Program-made: the position numbers and the translations under genes
NCBI GenBank assembly: GCA_046318155.1
Contig: JBKCUU010000047.1
Location: 1-64,000, forward strand
Reading direction: 5' to 3'
Source of the DNA: Bdellovibrio sp.
Lineage (GTDB): Bacteria > Bdellovibrionota > Bdellovibrionia > Bdellovibrionales > Bdellovibrionaceae
DNA: 64,000 nucleotides
The notes under the pieces: model-generated
Seen by the model: only the letters and a program-made list of their open reading frames with translations
What the model was told of the DNA's origin: nothing
The model's database searches: none
Shown here: positions 8,940 to 17,905 of the stretch, piece after piece
How the letters are laid out: each line of letters starts with the position of its first letter
How positions within the stretch are numbered: position 1 is the stretch's first letter

Positions 8940-9715
8940 AATGACGGCGTCCGTCCACCATCAACAGGAACGTTAATGCCCGAGATGTACGAAGCCGCGG
9001 GGCTCGCCAAAAATGCGATGGCTTCGGCCATTTCACGAGGCTCGCCAATGCGCCCAAGCGGAACAACAGATTTCCACTGCGATTCAATTTGCGATTCGGG
9101 AACTTGCTGCTTTTGAGCCGCAGCTCCGCGCAAAGAATCAAATCGTGAGGTGCGAATGAATCCGGGCAAAACATTATTGACAGTGACGCCAAACACGCCG
9201 ACTTCACCCGCCAATGTCTTGGCCCAATTGGCCATCGCGGCACGGGTTGTATTTGAAACACCCAGACCCGAGATGGGGGCTTTCACCGAAGTCGAGATCA
9301 CATTGATGATGCGTCCGTAAGACTTGGATTTCATACTGGGTAAAATTGTCTGCACAATCAGATGGGCCGCCAAAACGTGCGCGCGGATGGCGCCTTCAAA
9401 TTCATTGATGTCCGCATCAATCAAAGCGCCGCCTTTGGGTCCGCCTGAGTTGTTCACTAAAATGGTGACTCCCATTTGAGCAAGCTTTGGAAGAACTGCT
9501 TTTTTTAAAGACTCAAGGTCCGAAAGATCGGCCGAGATGACTTCGTGGCCAGTGCCGGGCAAGCGGCTTTTGAGTTCATCAAGTCGGTCCCTGTTGCGCG
9601 CCAGTAAGACCACTTGAGCTCCACGTTCGGCAAGCAAGAGCGAGGTCGCCTCGCCGATGCCTTGAGAAGCCCCGCACACCAGGGCTTTATGTCCCTTAAG
9701 ATCAAATGAATTCAT
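8936..9715 (-). CDS. SDR family oxidoreductase
   Basis: GASQGIG, ILVNNSGGP, SNTTR (atypical YxxxK site), YISGINVPVDGG. Confidence 0.9.
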   Translation of the reverse strand: MNSFDLKGHKALVCGASQGIGEATSLLLAERGAQVVLLARNRDRLDELKSRLPGTGHEVISADLSDLESLKKAVLPKLAQMGVTILVNNSGGPKGGALIDADINEFEGAIRAHVLAAHLIVQTILPSMKSKSYGRIINVISTSVKAPISGLGVSNTTRAAMANWAKTLAGEVGVFGVTVNNVLPGFIRTSRFDSLRGAAAQKQQVPESQIESQWKSVVPLGRIGEPREMAEAIAFLASPAASYISGINVPVDGGRTPSL

Positions 9716-9734
9716 AGCCCAAAGATTTGCACGA

Positions 9735-10334
9735 TTAAAGACGCTTGGAAAGTTCTAAAACCTGTGGCGGGATCTGCGAAGGATCAAAAGCCCAGACAGC
9801 TTTGTGAAGCTCAGCATAAAGCCGCAAAGCGCGATTGAGGCAAAGGGCGCGAACGGCGGTGGTAAAATCGATTTGCAGACTGCACTTTTGATAAAAAGAC
9901 AGCGCTTCGGGCTTGAGCGCCGCGTTCTTATTGATCATGTCAGCCACCACTGCCAGCTGCACCGCCGCCTGACGAATCACCCGCGGCGTTCCGTGCAGTT
10001 CACTCGCGGGGAGCTCGCGCAGATCCTCAATTCGAGGCATCTCGTTCAAAACGCCTTTGGTGTAGGTCTTAAACTCAAACAAGGCAGCATCCGCCGCAGA
10101 GACCTGGGGGACGGGCGTCGGTGTGGGATCGACCTTGGTTCCTGATTCGATCTCGGCGATTTCTTTGAGCTGTTCATCGTCGTCTTTTTGATCGGCTTGG
10201 ATTTGCTCGCGGACTCGAAACTCTTCGGCGCGCTCTTGCGAGCTCAGGGCGTCCAGCTCTGTGAAATAAAACAGCCCTCCACCAGTCAAGATGAGGGCCG
10301 CTAAAATCATGAGTCGAAGTGTTGGCTTTGTCAT
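9735..10334 (-). CDS. Hypothetical membrane-anchored periplasmic protein
   Basis: 199-aa ORF with a single N-terminal TM helix and two Cys. Confidence 0.6.
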   Translation of the reverse strand: MTKPTLRLMILAALILTGGGLFYFTELDALSSQERAEEFRVREQIQADQKDDDEQLKEIAEIESGTKVDPTPTPVPQVSAADAALFEFKTYTKGVLNEMPRIEDLRELPASELHGTPRVIRQAAVQLAVVADMINKNAALKPEALSFYQKCSLQIDFTTAVRALCLNRALRLYAELHKAVWAFDPSQIPPQVLELSKRL

Positions 10335-10346
10335 AGGTTTCGAAAC

Positions 10347-11441
10347 CTATTGCAAGGACTCTGGAGTGTCATCCCATTCGACAACGACGCCTGCTTCTTG
10401 GGCTGCGCAGAAATCGGGGATTAAGCCCATGTTCTTCAGAAAAACACACAACTCAGCATCGGGGCTTTCGACTCTGGGCTGATCCCCCAACTTCAACGGA
10501 CTGATCACGCGACTTTCGCTGTCGAGGCGAAGAAGCGCGAGAACTTCCTTTTCATTGACGGTCAGGTCATCCATACCCGCCGCTAAAGACTGCAAGAAAA
10601 GCGCGTCCATTCGGTAAGGGCCATTCGCCGCAACGTCGCAAGCAGGCATGCCTTCTAAATTGTGCCCAACGGGGCAAGCCGCGTGAGCAAACAGGGCCGT
10701 CTTACCATTGCCATCACTGTGACGTGATTCGTGAAACAAAGTTCCCAATCGAAAAAAAGAGTACAAGCGTTCCGCCGCATTTGGAAAACCCAGCTGCTCG
10801 GCAATAGGAACAAAGAGTCCCGCGCCGATTTGAAAGATCCCTGCGCGCGCTGACTTCACGGGCACAGTGCCGATGCCATCGACGTTAAGACCCATCAGCA
10901 CGTTGTTCTGCTTGCCCAATAAATACAAAATTCCACCAACGTTCGACATGATGATCATGGGTCCCGACGAGGTGGGCGCTTCTTGATCCAAAGCCGCATC
11001 AGTGAGGGGTCCGGTCGCAACTAAATTGGGCTCAGTTCGGTTCATCCCGATCTGGGGCATGAGATCGGGATTGGGATACATCACGTTTGTGTCCAAAATC
11101 GCGATGGCTTTCTCATCAATCGTGAAATCTTCGCCCAAAATGACCTGCGCCCGCTCCTGCAACCAAGGCTGCAAGTACTCGGGCGTCATTGCGGGAACTT
11201 TATAGATCCGAGCGGCTTCACCATCGACATCTTTAAATTTGAGAGAATCGAGCAAAACAAGGTCGGCATTGAGGCGCTCGCTCTGAGAGGCGGGGACACC
11301 GCTGGCATACTGGAGAACGACCTTGGGGGCAGCCCAGATCGGGGAGGCCGCGGCAAGAGTCACAGCCGTGACGACAAGCCGATAACGCAAGAACTGACAC
11401 ACGAAACGACTCACACGACCGCTGTTGATCCCATAAACCAT
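10347..11441 (-). CDS. Hypothetical secreted protein with HExxH motif (possible zinc metallopeptidase); start uncertain
   Basis: Signal-peptide-like segment, LFHESRH followed by His/Cys-rich HAACP...ACD. Confidence 0.6.
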   Translation of the reverse strand: MVYGINSGRVSRFVCQFLRYRLVVTAVTLAAASPIWAAPKVVLQYASGVPASQSERLNADLVLLDSLKFKDVDGEAARIYKVPAMTPEYLQPWLQERAQVILGEDFTIDEKAIAILDTNVMYPNPDLMPQIGMNRTEPNLVATGPLTDAALDQEAPTSSGPMIIMSNVGGILYLLGKQNNVLMGLNVDGIGTVPVKSARAGIFQIGAGLFVPIAEQLGFPNAAERLYSFFRLGTLFHESRHSDGNGKTALFAHAACPVGHNLEGMPACDVAANGPYRMDALFLQSLAAGMDDLTVNEKEVLALLRLDSESRVISPLKLGDQPRVESPDAELCVFLKNMGLIPDFCAAQEAGVVVEWDDTPESLQ

Positions 11442-11560
11442 AGATCCCACCCCTCGATCACAGGGACCTAACATTTCGAGACGCGCTGCGCAAATGGCCT
11501 TGCCGGCACCCCTGTCCATTTGCAAAGATTTCCAAAACCCACCTGTGAAAACGAGGACCT

Positions 11561-12094
11561 ATGAACCGGCTCTTTTGGATCGACATGGAAATGACCGGAC
11601 TAGACCTGAACAAAGAAGTCGTCATCGAGGTCGCGGCGATCATTACGGATTGGGACTTTCAGGTCGTCGACTCGTTTGAAACCGTGGTGAAGCAGCCCCA
11701 ACACTATCTCGACAACATGGATGACTGGAACACCGAGCACCATGGCGAGTCTGGACTCACGAAGAGAGTTCCGAAAGGAATGGACCCTACTCACGTGGAG
11801 GATCGGTTGGTTGAGATGATCTACAAAAACTATGCGCGTGATGATGGACGCCCGGTCTTAGCTGGCAATTCAATCATGCAAGACCGGTTGTTTATTAATA
11901 AATACTTTCCTCGCTTTGCCAATCTTTTGCATTACCGAATGTTGGATGTCACGGCATGGAAAATCGTCTGCCAAAACAAACTGGGCGTGCATTATGAAAA
12001 GCAAGGCGCGCACCGGGCCCTTGATGACATCCGCGAGAGCATTGATGAATTGAAGTATTATTTGTCCCACTTTCGCGGACCTCTCATAAAGTAG
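11561..12094 (+). CDS. orn: Oligoribonuclease
   Basis: WIDMEMTGL, LAGNS, HYRMLDV, HRALDDIRESI. Confidence 0.96.
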   Translation: MNRLFWIDMEMTGLDLNKEVVIEVAAIITDWDFQVVDSFETVVKQPQHYLDNMDDWNTEHHGESGLTKRVPKGMDPTHVEDRLVEMIYKNYARDDGRPVLAGNSIMQDRLFINKYFPRFANLLHYRMLDVTAWKIVCQNKLGVHYEKQGAHRALDDIRESIDELKYYLSHFRGPLIK

Positions 12095-12100
12095 AATGCT

Positions 12101-12134
12101 TGAAGCTGCAGCAACCCTTATTGCTGCAGCTTCA
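12101..12134. terminator. 14-bp perfect hairpin after orn
   Basis: TGAAGCTGCAGCAA-ccctta-TTGCTGCAGCTTCA; no U-tract. Confidence 0.6.
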
Positions 12135-12351
12135 CAGAATCTTAAGAAGAAAATTCAAATTTGTTTATAAAAGAAAACGATCGGATATTTGGTTCGTAAT
12201 TTGGTCTTCAGTCGCGTGATTTTTTTGACGCCCACTCCGAATAGTGTCTTGCCTCGCTGCCCGGATGTCGCGAGGAACAAGAAGTCAATAAACGCCAAGG
12301 AGGAAGAAACATATGCTGAAACAACGCTAAGGTTGAAAAGGGGTCTATAAG

Positions 12352-13185
12352 ATGGGAATGCGCGTAACAACAAATCTCGCTGCTATTAATGCTCAGAGAA
12401 ATTTAATTGGCAGCCAACGAGTCATGGGCAAATCAATGGCTCAGTTGTCGAGTGGTAGCAGGATCAATATCGCTGCTGACGATGCCGCGGGGCTGGCGAT
12501 TTCAGAGAGGCTCAAGAGCCAAATCCGGTCAGCTCGCCAGGCGAACCGAAATGCGAATGACGGGATCTCCATGGTTCAAACTGCTGAAGGCGGATTGAAC
12601 GAAATCGGAAATATCGTGAGTCGCCTTCGCGAACTTGGAATCCAATCAGCTTCCGACACGGTCGGATCAGTTGAGCGGGGCTTCATTGATAAAGAAGTTC
12701 AGCAAATGAAATCGGAAATTAACCGAATTGCGAAGAGTACGAAATGGGGAACAACGAATTTGCTTGACGGCTCGACGCCTGAGTTTGACTTCCAAATCGG
12801 TACTTTCAACAATGCGGAAGAAGATCGAATTAGTTTTACCTCGGCCGAGAACATCGCAACTTTAGATGCTTTGGGATTGAATGGTCTAGACTACACAACC
12901 AAAGAAGGTGCACAAGAAGCCTTGACGGCTCTGGACAGCTCTCAAAATTTGGTCAATGGTTATCGCGCAAACTTGGGCGCCTTGCAGAATCGCTTGACCG
13001 CGACGGTCGACAATTTGTCGGTCCAAGAAGAAAACATGAGTGCTGCCAACTCGCGTATTCGTGATACTGACGTTGCAATGGCTTCAAGCGAGATGGTTCG
13101 TAACAACATCCTCATGCAAGCAGGAACTTCAACATTGACTCAGGCCAACTCGAACAATCAAGTTGCACTCAAATTGATCGGCTAA
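12352..13185 (+). CDS. fliC: Flagellin (short, D0/D1 only)
   Basis: LSSGSRINIAADDAAGLAI, NANDGISMVQTAEG, SRIRDTDVA. Confidence 0.97.
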   Translation: MGMRVTTNLAAINAQRNLIGSQRVMGKSMAQLSSGSRINIAADDAAGLAISERLKSQIRSARQANRNANDGISMVQTAEGGLNEIGNIVSRLRELGIQSASDTVGSVERGFIDKEVQQMKSEINRIAKSTKWGTTNLLDGSTPEFDFQIGTFNNAEEDRISFTSAENIATLDALGLNGLDYTTKEGAQEALTALDSSQNLVNGYRANLGALQNRLTATVDNLSVQEENMSAANSRIRDTDVAMASSEMVRNNILMQAGTSTLTQANSNNQVALKLIG

Positions 13186-13192
13186 TCGCTAA

Positions 13193-13232
13193 ATAGAACA
13201 GTCTCATTGATCTTACAATGAGACTGTTCTAT
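13193..13232. terminator. 17-bp perfect hairpin after flagellin
   Basis: ATAGAACAGTCTCATTG-atctta-CAATGAGACTGTTCTAT. Confidence 0.65.
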
Positions 13233-13253
13233 GAAATGGGCATGTCTAACCAC

Positions 13254-13913
13254 ATGCCCATTATCCTTTTGCTCTCGCCGCTCCCGCCCGAACTCAAAGT
13301 CGTGCTCAAGCGCCTCGAAGACAAAAATTTCACTGTTCAAAAAATGGATGATGTTTACATCTGTCCCGAGTTGCGACTCATGCTGGCCGTTTCTGGTCAC
13401 GGCAAAGTGCAAACTGCACTGAACACACAAAAAATTTTAATCGCACAGCCGCAAATCAAAACAGCCTTCTTGATGGGAGCCGCCGGCGCCCTCACAGAAG
13501 ACGTCCGGCCTCGCGATGTGGTTGTGGCTTCAAAAAGTATCGAGCACGACTACCGTTTACTTTTTATTTCAAGACCTCTGCCCGAAATCTCGTGCCCGCA
13601 TGACTACTCGGCTTCACTCACTCCGGTTGGTGAATTTGGTCTGCACGTGGGACCGATCGCCAGTGGTGACGAAGACATCATCAACACCGAGCGCGCCGCC
13701 GAATTGCAAAAAAAGACGCAAGCCTTGGCCGTCGCCTGGGAAGGCGCTGGTTTTGCCCGGGCTTGCCAATCTTGCAAAGTTTCATGGACGGAAATCCGCG
13801 CTGTCACCGACTCGGCTGATCACAAGGCCATTGATTCATTTAAGGCCAATCTTGAGCCCGCCATGAACAACGCCTTTGACGTGTTCTGGAAAATCCTCAC
13901 CGTCGATCAGTAG
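13254..13913 (+). CDS. mtnN: MTA/SAH nucleosidase (start uncertain, 13218-13254)
   Basis: SGHGKV, GAAGAL, GPIASGDE, VAWEGAG, IRAVTDSAD. Confidence 0.82.
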   Translation: MPIILLLSPLPPELKVVLKRLEDKNFTVQKMDDVYICPELRLMLAVSGHGKVQTALNTQKILIAQPQIKTAFLMGAAGALTEDVRPRDVVVASKSIEHDYRLLFISRPLPEISCPHDYSASLTPVGEFGLHVGPIASGDEDIINTERAAELQKKTQALAVAWEGAGFARACQSCKVSWTEIRAVTDSADHKAIDSFKANLEPAMNNAFDVFWKILTVDQ

Positions 13914-13991
13914 CCTGAAATTTCATTTCATGTCATTTCACCCGCGACGTTCATAAAACGCTGCGTTGAGGATAACAAAAGACATATCTGC

Positions 13992-14243
13992 TTAAGATCG
14001 CGTGACAAGCCGATTGAGGATGAGCAACAGAATCGCGCCGAAAACTGCGGTTACAAAGCCGGGCCAGGACCACTCCCCCGCTGTTCCGACTCCAAAGAAC
14101 GAGCCGACAAAACCGCCGACGAAGGATCCGAAAATTCCCACCAAGGTGGTGCGAATCCAGCCCATGCCTTCACTGCCTGGTAAAATAATTTTGGCGACAA
14201 TCCCCGCAAGCAAACCAAAAAAAATCCAACCGAGTATTCCCAT
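13992..14243 (-). CDS. GlsB/YeaQ/YmgE family (transglycosylase-associated) membrane protein
   Basis: MGILGWIFFGLLAGIVAK..PG; Gly-rich 3-TM pattern. Confidence 0.9.
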   Translation of the reverse strand: MGILGWIFFGLLAGIVAKIILPGSEGMGWIRTTLVGIFGSFVGGFVGSFFGVGTAGEWSWPGFVTAVFGAILLLILNRLVTRS

Positions 14244-14336
14244 AGAATGAACTGCTCCTTAGTCCCTCAAAGCGTTCCATCGATCAGCTCGAATTTCAAG
14301 CAAGTGGGCAAAGCGACGGCTGGTTCAAGATTTCGC

Positions 14337-14397
14337 AAACCTTGGCCAACAAAAAAGCCTTCCGTTTTGCGGAAGGCTTTTTTGTTGGCCAAGGTTT
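14337..14397. terminator. 28-bp perfect inverted repeat containing a bidirectional intrinsic terminator (ahcY 3' end)
   Basis: AAACCTTGGCCAACAAAAAAGCCTTCCG-ttttg-CGGAAGGCTTTTTTGTTGGCCAAGGTTT. Confidence 0.85.
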
Positions 14398-14406
14398 AAC
14401 CGAAGC

Positions 14407-15864
14407 CTAGTAGCGGTAGTGATCGGGTTTGAAAGGCCCTTCAACTGGCATCTCTAGATACTTGGACTGCTTGTTTGAAAGTTTGGTCAATTTCGCCCCG
14501 ACGTGCTCCAAGTGAAGCGCGGCGACCTTCTCGTCCAAATGCTTCGGCAAACGGTAAACTTCGATCTCTTGGTACTTGTCACGGTTTGTAAACAACTCCA
14601 TTTGAGCGATGACTTGGTTGCAAAAAGAATTCGACATCACAAAGCTGGGGTGCCCAGTCGCGCAGCCCAAGTTCACCAGTCGGCCTTTTGCCAAAACGAT
14701 GATCTGTTTTCCAGATTTCATCGTGTGAATATCCACCTGAGGCTTCACTTCGCGGATCTTCGAATTTTTGTTGAGCCAAGCCATGTCGATTTCGATATCG
14801 AAGTGCCCGATGTTGCAGACGATGGCGTTGTCTTTCATTTTTGTGAAGTGCTTGTCTGTGATGATGTCGCAGCAGCCTGTCGCCGTGACAAAGATATCAG
14901 CTTGTTCTGCCGCGTCCTCCATTGTGACAACTTCAAAACCTTCCATTGCAGCTTGAAGTGCACAGATGGGATCAATTTCGGTCACCAAAACGCGGGCGCC
15001 GTAAGCCTTCATCGAGAACGCCGATCCCTTACCGACATCGCCGTAACCGGCAACCACAACGACTTTACCCGCAAGCATCACGTCGGTTGCGCGCTTGATT
15101 CCGTCAGCCAAAGACTCGCGGCAACCGTAGAGGTTGTCGAATTTTGACTTTGTCACTGAATCGTTGATGTTGATCGCAGGAACTTTGAGCCTGTTGTTCT
15201 CATGCATTTTGACTAAGTTGTGAACACCCGTCGTTGTCTCTTCAGACAAGCCAATGATTTTTTTGAGCTCATTCACAAAACGAGGTTCGTGCATCATGTT
15301 GGTCAAGTCACCACCATCATCCAAGATGAGGTTGTAGCCATCTTTACCCCAACCCGTAATCGTTTGCTCGATGCACCAGTTGAACTCTTCTTCGGTCTCG
15401 CCTTTCCAAGCAAAAACAGGAATGCCGGCAGCGGCAATCGCCACAGCTGCATGATCCTGCGTCGAAAAGATATTGCAAGAAGACCAACGAATTTTTGCAC
15501 CTAAGTGCGTGAGAGTCTCAATCAAAACTGCTGTTTGAATTGTCATGTGCAGGCAACCCGAAATGCGGGCGCCTTTCAAAGGCTGTTGTTTGCCGTATTC
15601 TTTTCGCAAGCTCATCAAGCCAGGCATTTCTTTTTCGGCGATTTTGATTTCTTCGCGGCCCCAGCGAGCGAGCTCTTGAAATTTCTTGGGATCTTTCATG
15701 GCCTCTTCACAAACACGGTAATCAGTTCCCCAAGGATTGATTTTATCCGCGGGGTTTGTCGCCGCACGTGCAGATTTAGGTGAAGCTTTCGCCGCTTTGG
15801 GTGCCAGGTTTGCTTTTGCTTTCGCCATTTTTGCCTTCCCGTTGTTCGTTTGCAGGTTCGCCAT
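14407..15864 (-). CDS. ahcY: Adenosylhomocysteinase
   Basis: [59 protein letters not shown]. Confidence 0.98.
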   Translation of the reverse strand: MANLQTNNGKAKMAKAKANLAPKAAKASPKSARAATNPADKINPWGTDYRVCEEAMKDPKKFQELARWGREEIKIAEKEMPGLMSLRKEYGKQQPLKGARISGCLHMTIQTAVLIETLTHLGAKIRWSSCNIFSTQDHAAVAIAAAGIPVFAWKGETEEEFNWCIEQTITGWGKDGYNLILDDGGDLTNMMHEPRFVNELKKIIGLSEETTTGVHNLVKMHENNRLKVPAININDSVTKSKFDNLYGCRESLADGIKRATDVMLAGKVVVVAGYGDVGKGSAFSMKAYGARVLVTEIDPICALQAAMEGFEVVTMEDAAEQADIFVTATGCCDIITDKHFTKMKDNAIVCNIGHFDIEIDMAWLNKNSKIREVKPQVDIHTMKSGKQIIVLAKGRLVNLGCATGHPSFVMSNSFCNQVIAQMELFTNRDKYQEIEVYRLPKHLDEKVAALHLEHVGAKLTKLSNKQSKYLEMPVEGPFKPDHYRY

Positions 15865-15892
15865 GTACAATCACTCCTTGGTTTTGCGTGCG

Positions 15893-16663
15893 CTAAGGGA
15901 GCGTCAAGATCTCGTGACCCGTATCGGTGATCAAGACCGTGTGCTCGAACTGCGCTGAAAGTTTTCCGTCTGATGTTTTATAATACTTGATGCTTGAATT
16001 GGGTATCTCAAATTCAAAAAAGGCCGCAACACCTTGATTCACCATCGGCTCGACCGTAATACAATGCCAAGGCACAAGGATCTCCCCACGGCCCCTTTTA
16101 CCGAACGAAGGGACGTAAGGGTCCTCGTGAAAGGCCCGGCCGATTCCGTGCCCGCCAATCTCCTTGACGGTCGTATAACCGCGCCTGGAGACAAGTTTGT
16201 CGGTCACAAAGCCAATATCGCCGGTGGAGGCCCCCGGTTTGATCTCTTCGATCCCTTTGTCGCGGGCCAGGCGGGCCACTTCGACCAAATCCCTGGCGTC
16301 AGGACTCACATTTCCCACAAAAAAGGTCGCTGAGCAGTCACCAAAGAATCCATCCAACAAGCTCGTCACATCGACATTGATAATGTCCCCCTCTTTGAGA
16401 ACGGTCTGATCAGGCAGGCCATGGCAGACAATTTCGTTGATCGAAGTGCAGCAGGACTTAGGATAGCCGTGGTACCCGAGAGTCGCGGGCGTTGCCCCAT
16501 GCGTAAGATTGTAATCATAGACAATTTTGTCGAGCTCATCGGTCGTGATTCCGGCCCGAACAAAACGACCCACGTGCTCAAGACTTCGCGCCGCCAATCG
16601 GCAGACCGCTTTCATCTTTTTAATCTCTTCAGGTGAAAGGGGGACGATTTTTTTTTGAGCCAT
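15893..16663 (-). CDS. map: Type I methionyl aminopeptidase
   Basis: CTSINEIVCHGLP, GDIINVDVT, GHGIG..FHE, SAQFEHT. Confidence 0.97.
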   Translation of the reverse strand: MAQKKIVPLSPEEIKKMKAVCRLAARSLEHVGRFVRAGITTDELDKIVYDYNLTHGATPATLGYHGYPKSCCTSINEIVCHGLPDQTVLKEGDIINVDVTSLLDGFFGDCSATFFVGNVSPDARDLVEVARLARDKGIEEIKPGASTGDIGFVTDKLVSRRGYTTVKEIGGHGIGRAFHEDPYVPSFGKRGRGEILVPWHCITVEPMVNQGVAAFFEFEIPNSSIKYYKTSDGKLSAQFEHTVLITDTGHEILTLP

Positions 16664-16687
16664 CTCGACTTGTCCTTCTGGGTCTTA

Positions 16688-16722
16688 GAAAAGAAAAAAC
16701 CCACTCGGTTTACGAGTGGGTT
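16688..16722 (-). terminator. Intrinsic terminator after SWIB gene
   Basis: AACCCACTCG-gttta-CGAGTGGGTT followed by a U-rich tract on the minus strand. Confidence 0.75.
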
Positions 16723-16750
16723 CTCTCGAAGTTTTATCTTAAAATCAAGA

Positions 16751-17104
16751 TTACTTCAGGTGCTTGCTAACAAGTTTTGTCATTTCGAACATCGAAACTT
16801 GTGCTTTTCCGAAGATAGGCTTCAATTTGTCATCAGCATTGATGTTGCGACGATTTTTTGTATCTTGAAGATTGTGTTTTTTGATGTAGTTCCACAATTT
16901 TTTAACAACTTCAGTGCGGGGAACGGGTGTTGCACCGATCACTGCTGCCAACGCTGTCGAAGGAGTCAAGGCCTTCATAAACGCTGCATTTGGCTTGCGC
17001 TTAGTCGCGGCTTTTTTAGAAGCAGCTTTCTTAGGAGCCGCTTTTTTTGTAGCTGCTTTTTTGGAAGCCGCTTTCTTCGTCGCTTTTTTTGCTTTTTTCG
17101 CCAT
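16751..17104 (-). CDS. SWIB/MDM2 domain protein with histone-H1-like Lys/Ala-rich N-terminus
   Basis: Repeated KKAA pentapeptides, then PRTEVVKKLWNYIKKHNLQD...INADDKL...MFEMTK. Confidence 0.93.
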   Translation of the reverse strand: MAKKAKKATKKAASKKAATKKAAPKKAASKKAATKRKPNAAFMKALTPSTALAAVIGATPVPRTEVVKKLWNYIKKHNLQDTKNRRNINADDKLKPIFGKAQVSMFEMTKLVSKHLK

Positions 17105-17345
17105 GTTTCCTCCAGTGCGAATTAGGGGGCCTTAAGGCCTGTTTTATTTGTTCGAATGGATCAAGTGTAACGACTTCTCGCCCTTTGTCCAAAAAAAAAT
17201 GCAGGCCCTTCCACTTTTTTATCGAGGGAAAACCGGCTTTTTTCTGCATTTTTGCCTCGGAAACTGGTCTCTTGCCGAGGGAAAACTCAAGAAAACGCAT
17301 CAAATTAGGACTCTTTTACGAGGGAAATCAGCCGATCCACAGAGC

Positions 17346-17834
17346 ATGGGAAGCTTCGTTGAGTTCGCCGATATCCTCGAAAAAAAGATCCGCCGCGAGG
17401 TCGAGCGCGAGCTAAGAACTGAGCCTTTCTCGAGGGAAAAGAGCCCATTCTCCTCTGAAAAAGTCTCTTTAAGCTCTGAATTTCCCTCGGAATTTGACGA
17501 ATTGCCTCTGGGCTTTGCTTGGATCTTGGGTCAAGGACCTTCGTTAAAAGTTCAGCCTCAACAAGAACGCACCGGACACAAGGCCTATGGGGTAAAAGTC
17601 CGTCCTCCCACGCCTCACTGTCTGAACCCGGAGCAAAAGCGCGCCTTCGATTTGTTTTCACAATTGGGAACAAAACTCTGCCCCGCTTTTCGCGCTGGAG
17701 ATTTACGCCGCGCATGGAGAAAAGCGGCGCTTGCGACCCACCCCGATCATGGCGGCACTGCCGAGGCGTTTCGACAAGCTCAAGCTGCCAACCAAGTTTT
17801 ACAATCCGTTCTGCTTGCCAAGGTCACCGGATGA
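17346..17834 (+). CDS. C-terminal J-domain protein
   Basis: LRRAWRKAALATHPDHGG (HPD motif). Confidence 0.75.
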   Translation: MGSFVEFADILEKKIRREVERELRTEPFSREKSPFSSEKVSLSSEFPSEFDELPLGFAWILGQGPSLKVQPQQERTGHKAYGVKVRPPTPHCLNPEQKRAFDLFSQLGTKLCPAFRAGDLRRAWRKAALATHPDHGGTAEAFRQAQAANQVLQSVLLAKVTG

Positions 17835-17905
17835 TCAAGCGTTTGTTGATGGCAGGGCGCATGCCGATCCAAGACCGGCTCAAAAAATAAATTTGCAGAT
17901 CTCTG

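Noticed and set aside
12170..12250. sigma28 promoter for flagellin
   Set aside because: A CCGAATA -10-like element exists but there is no properly spaced TAAA -35
17000..17100. 15-bp periodic repeats, possible CRISPR or VNTR
   Set aside because: Coding KKAAx repeats of the SWIB protein; no spacers
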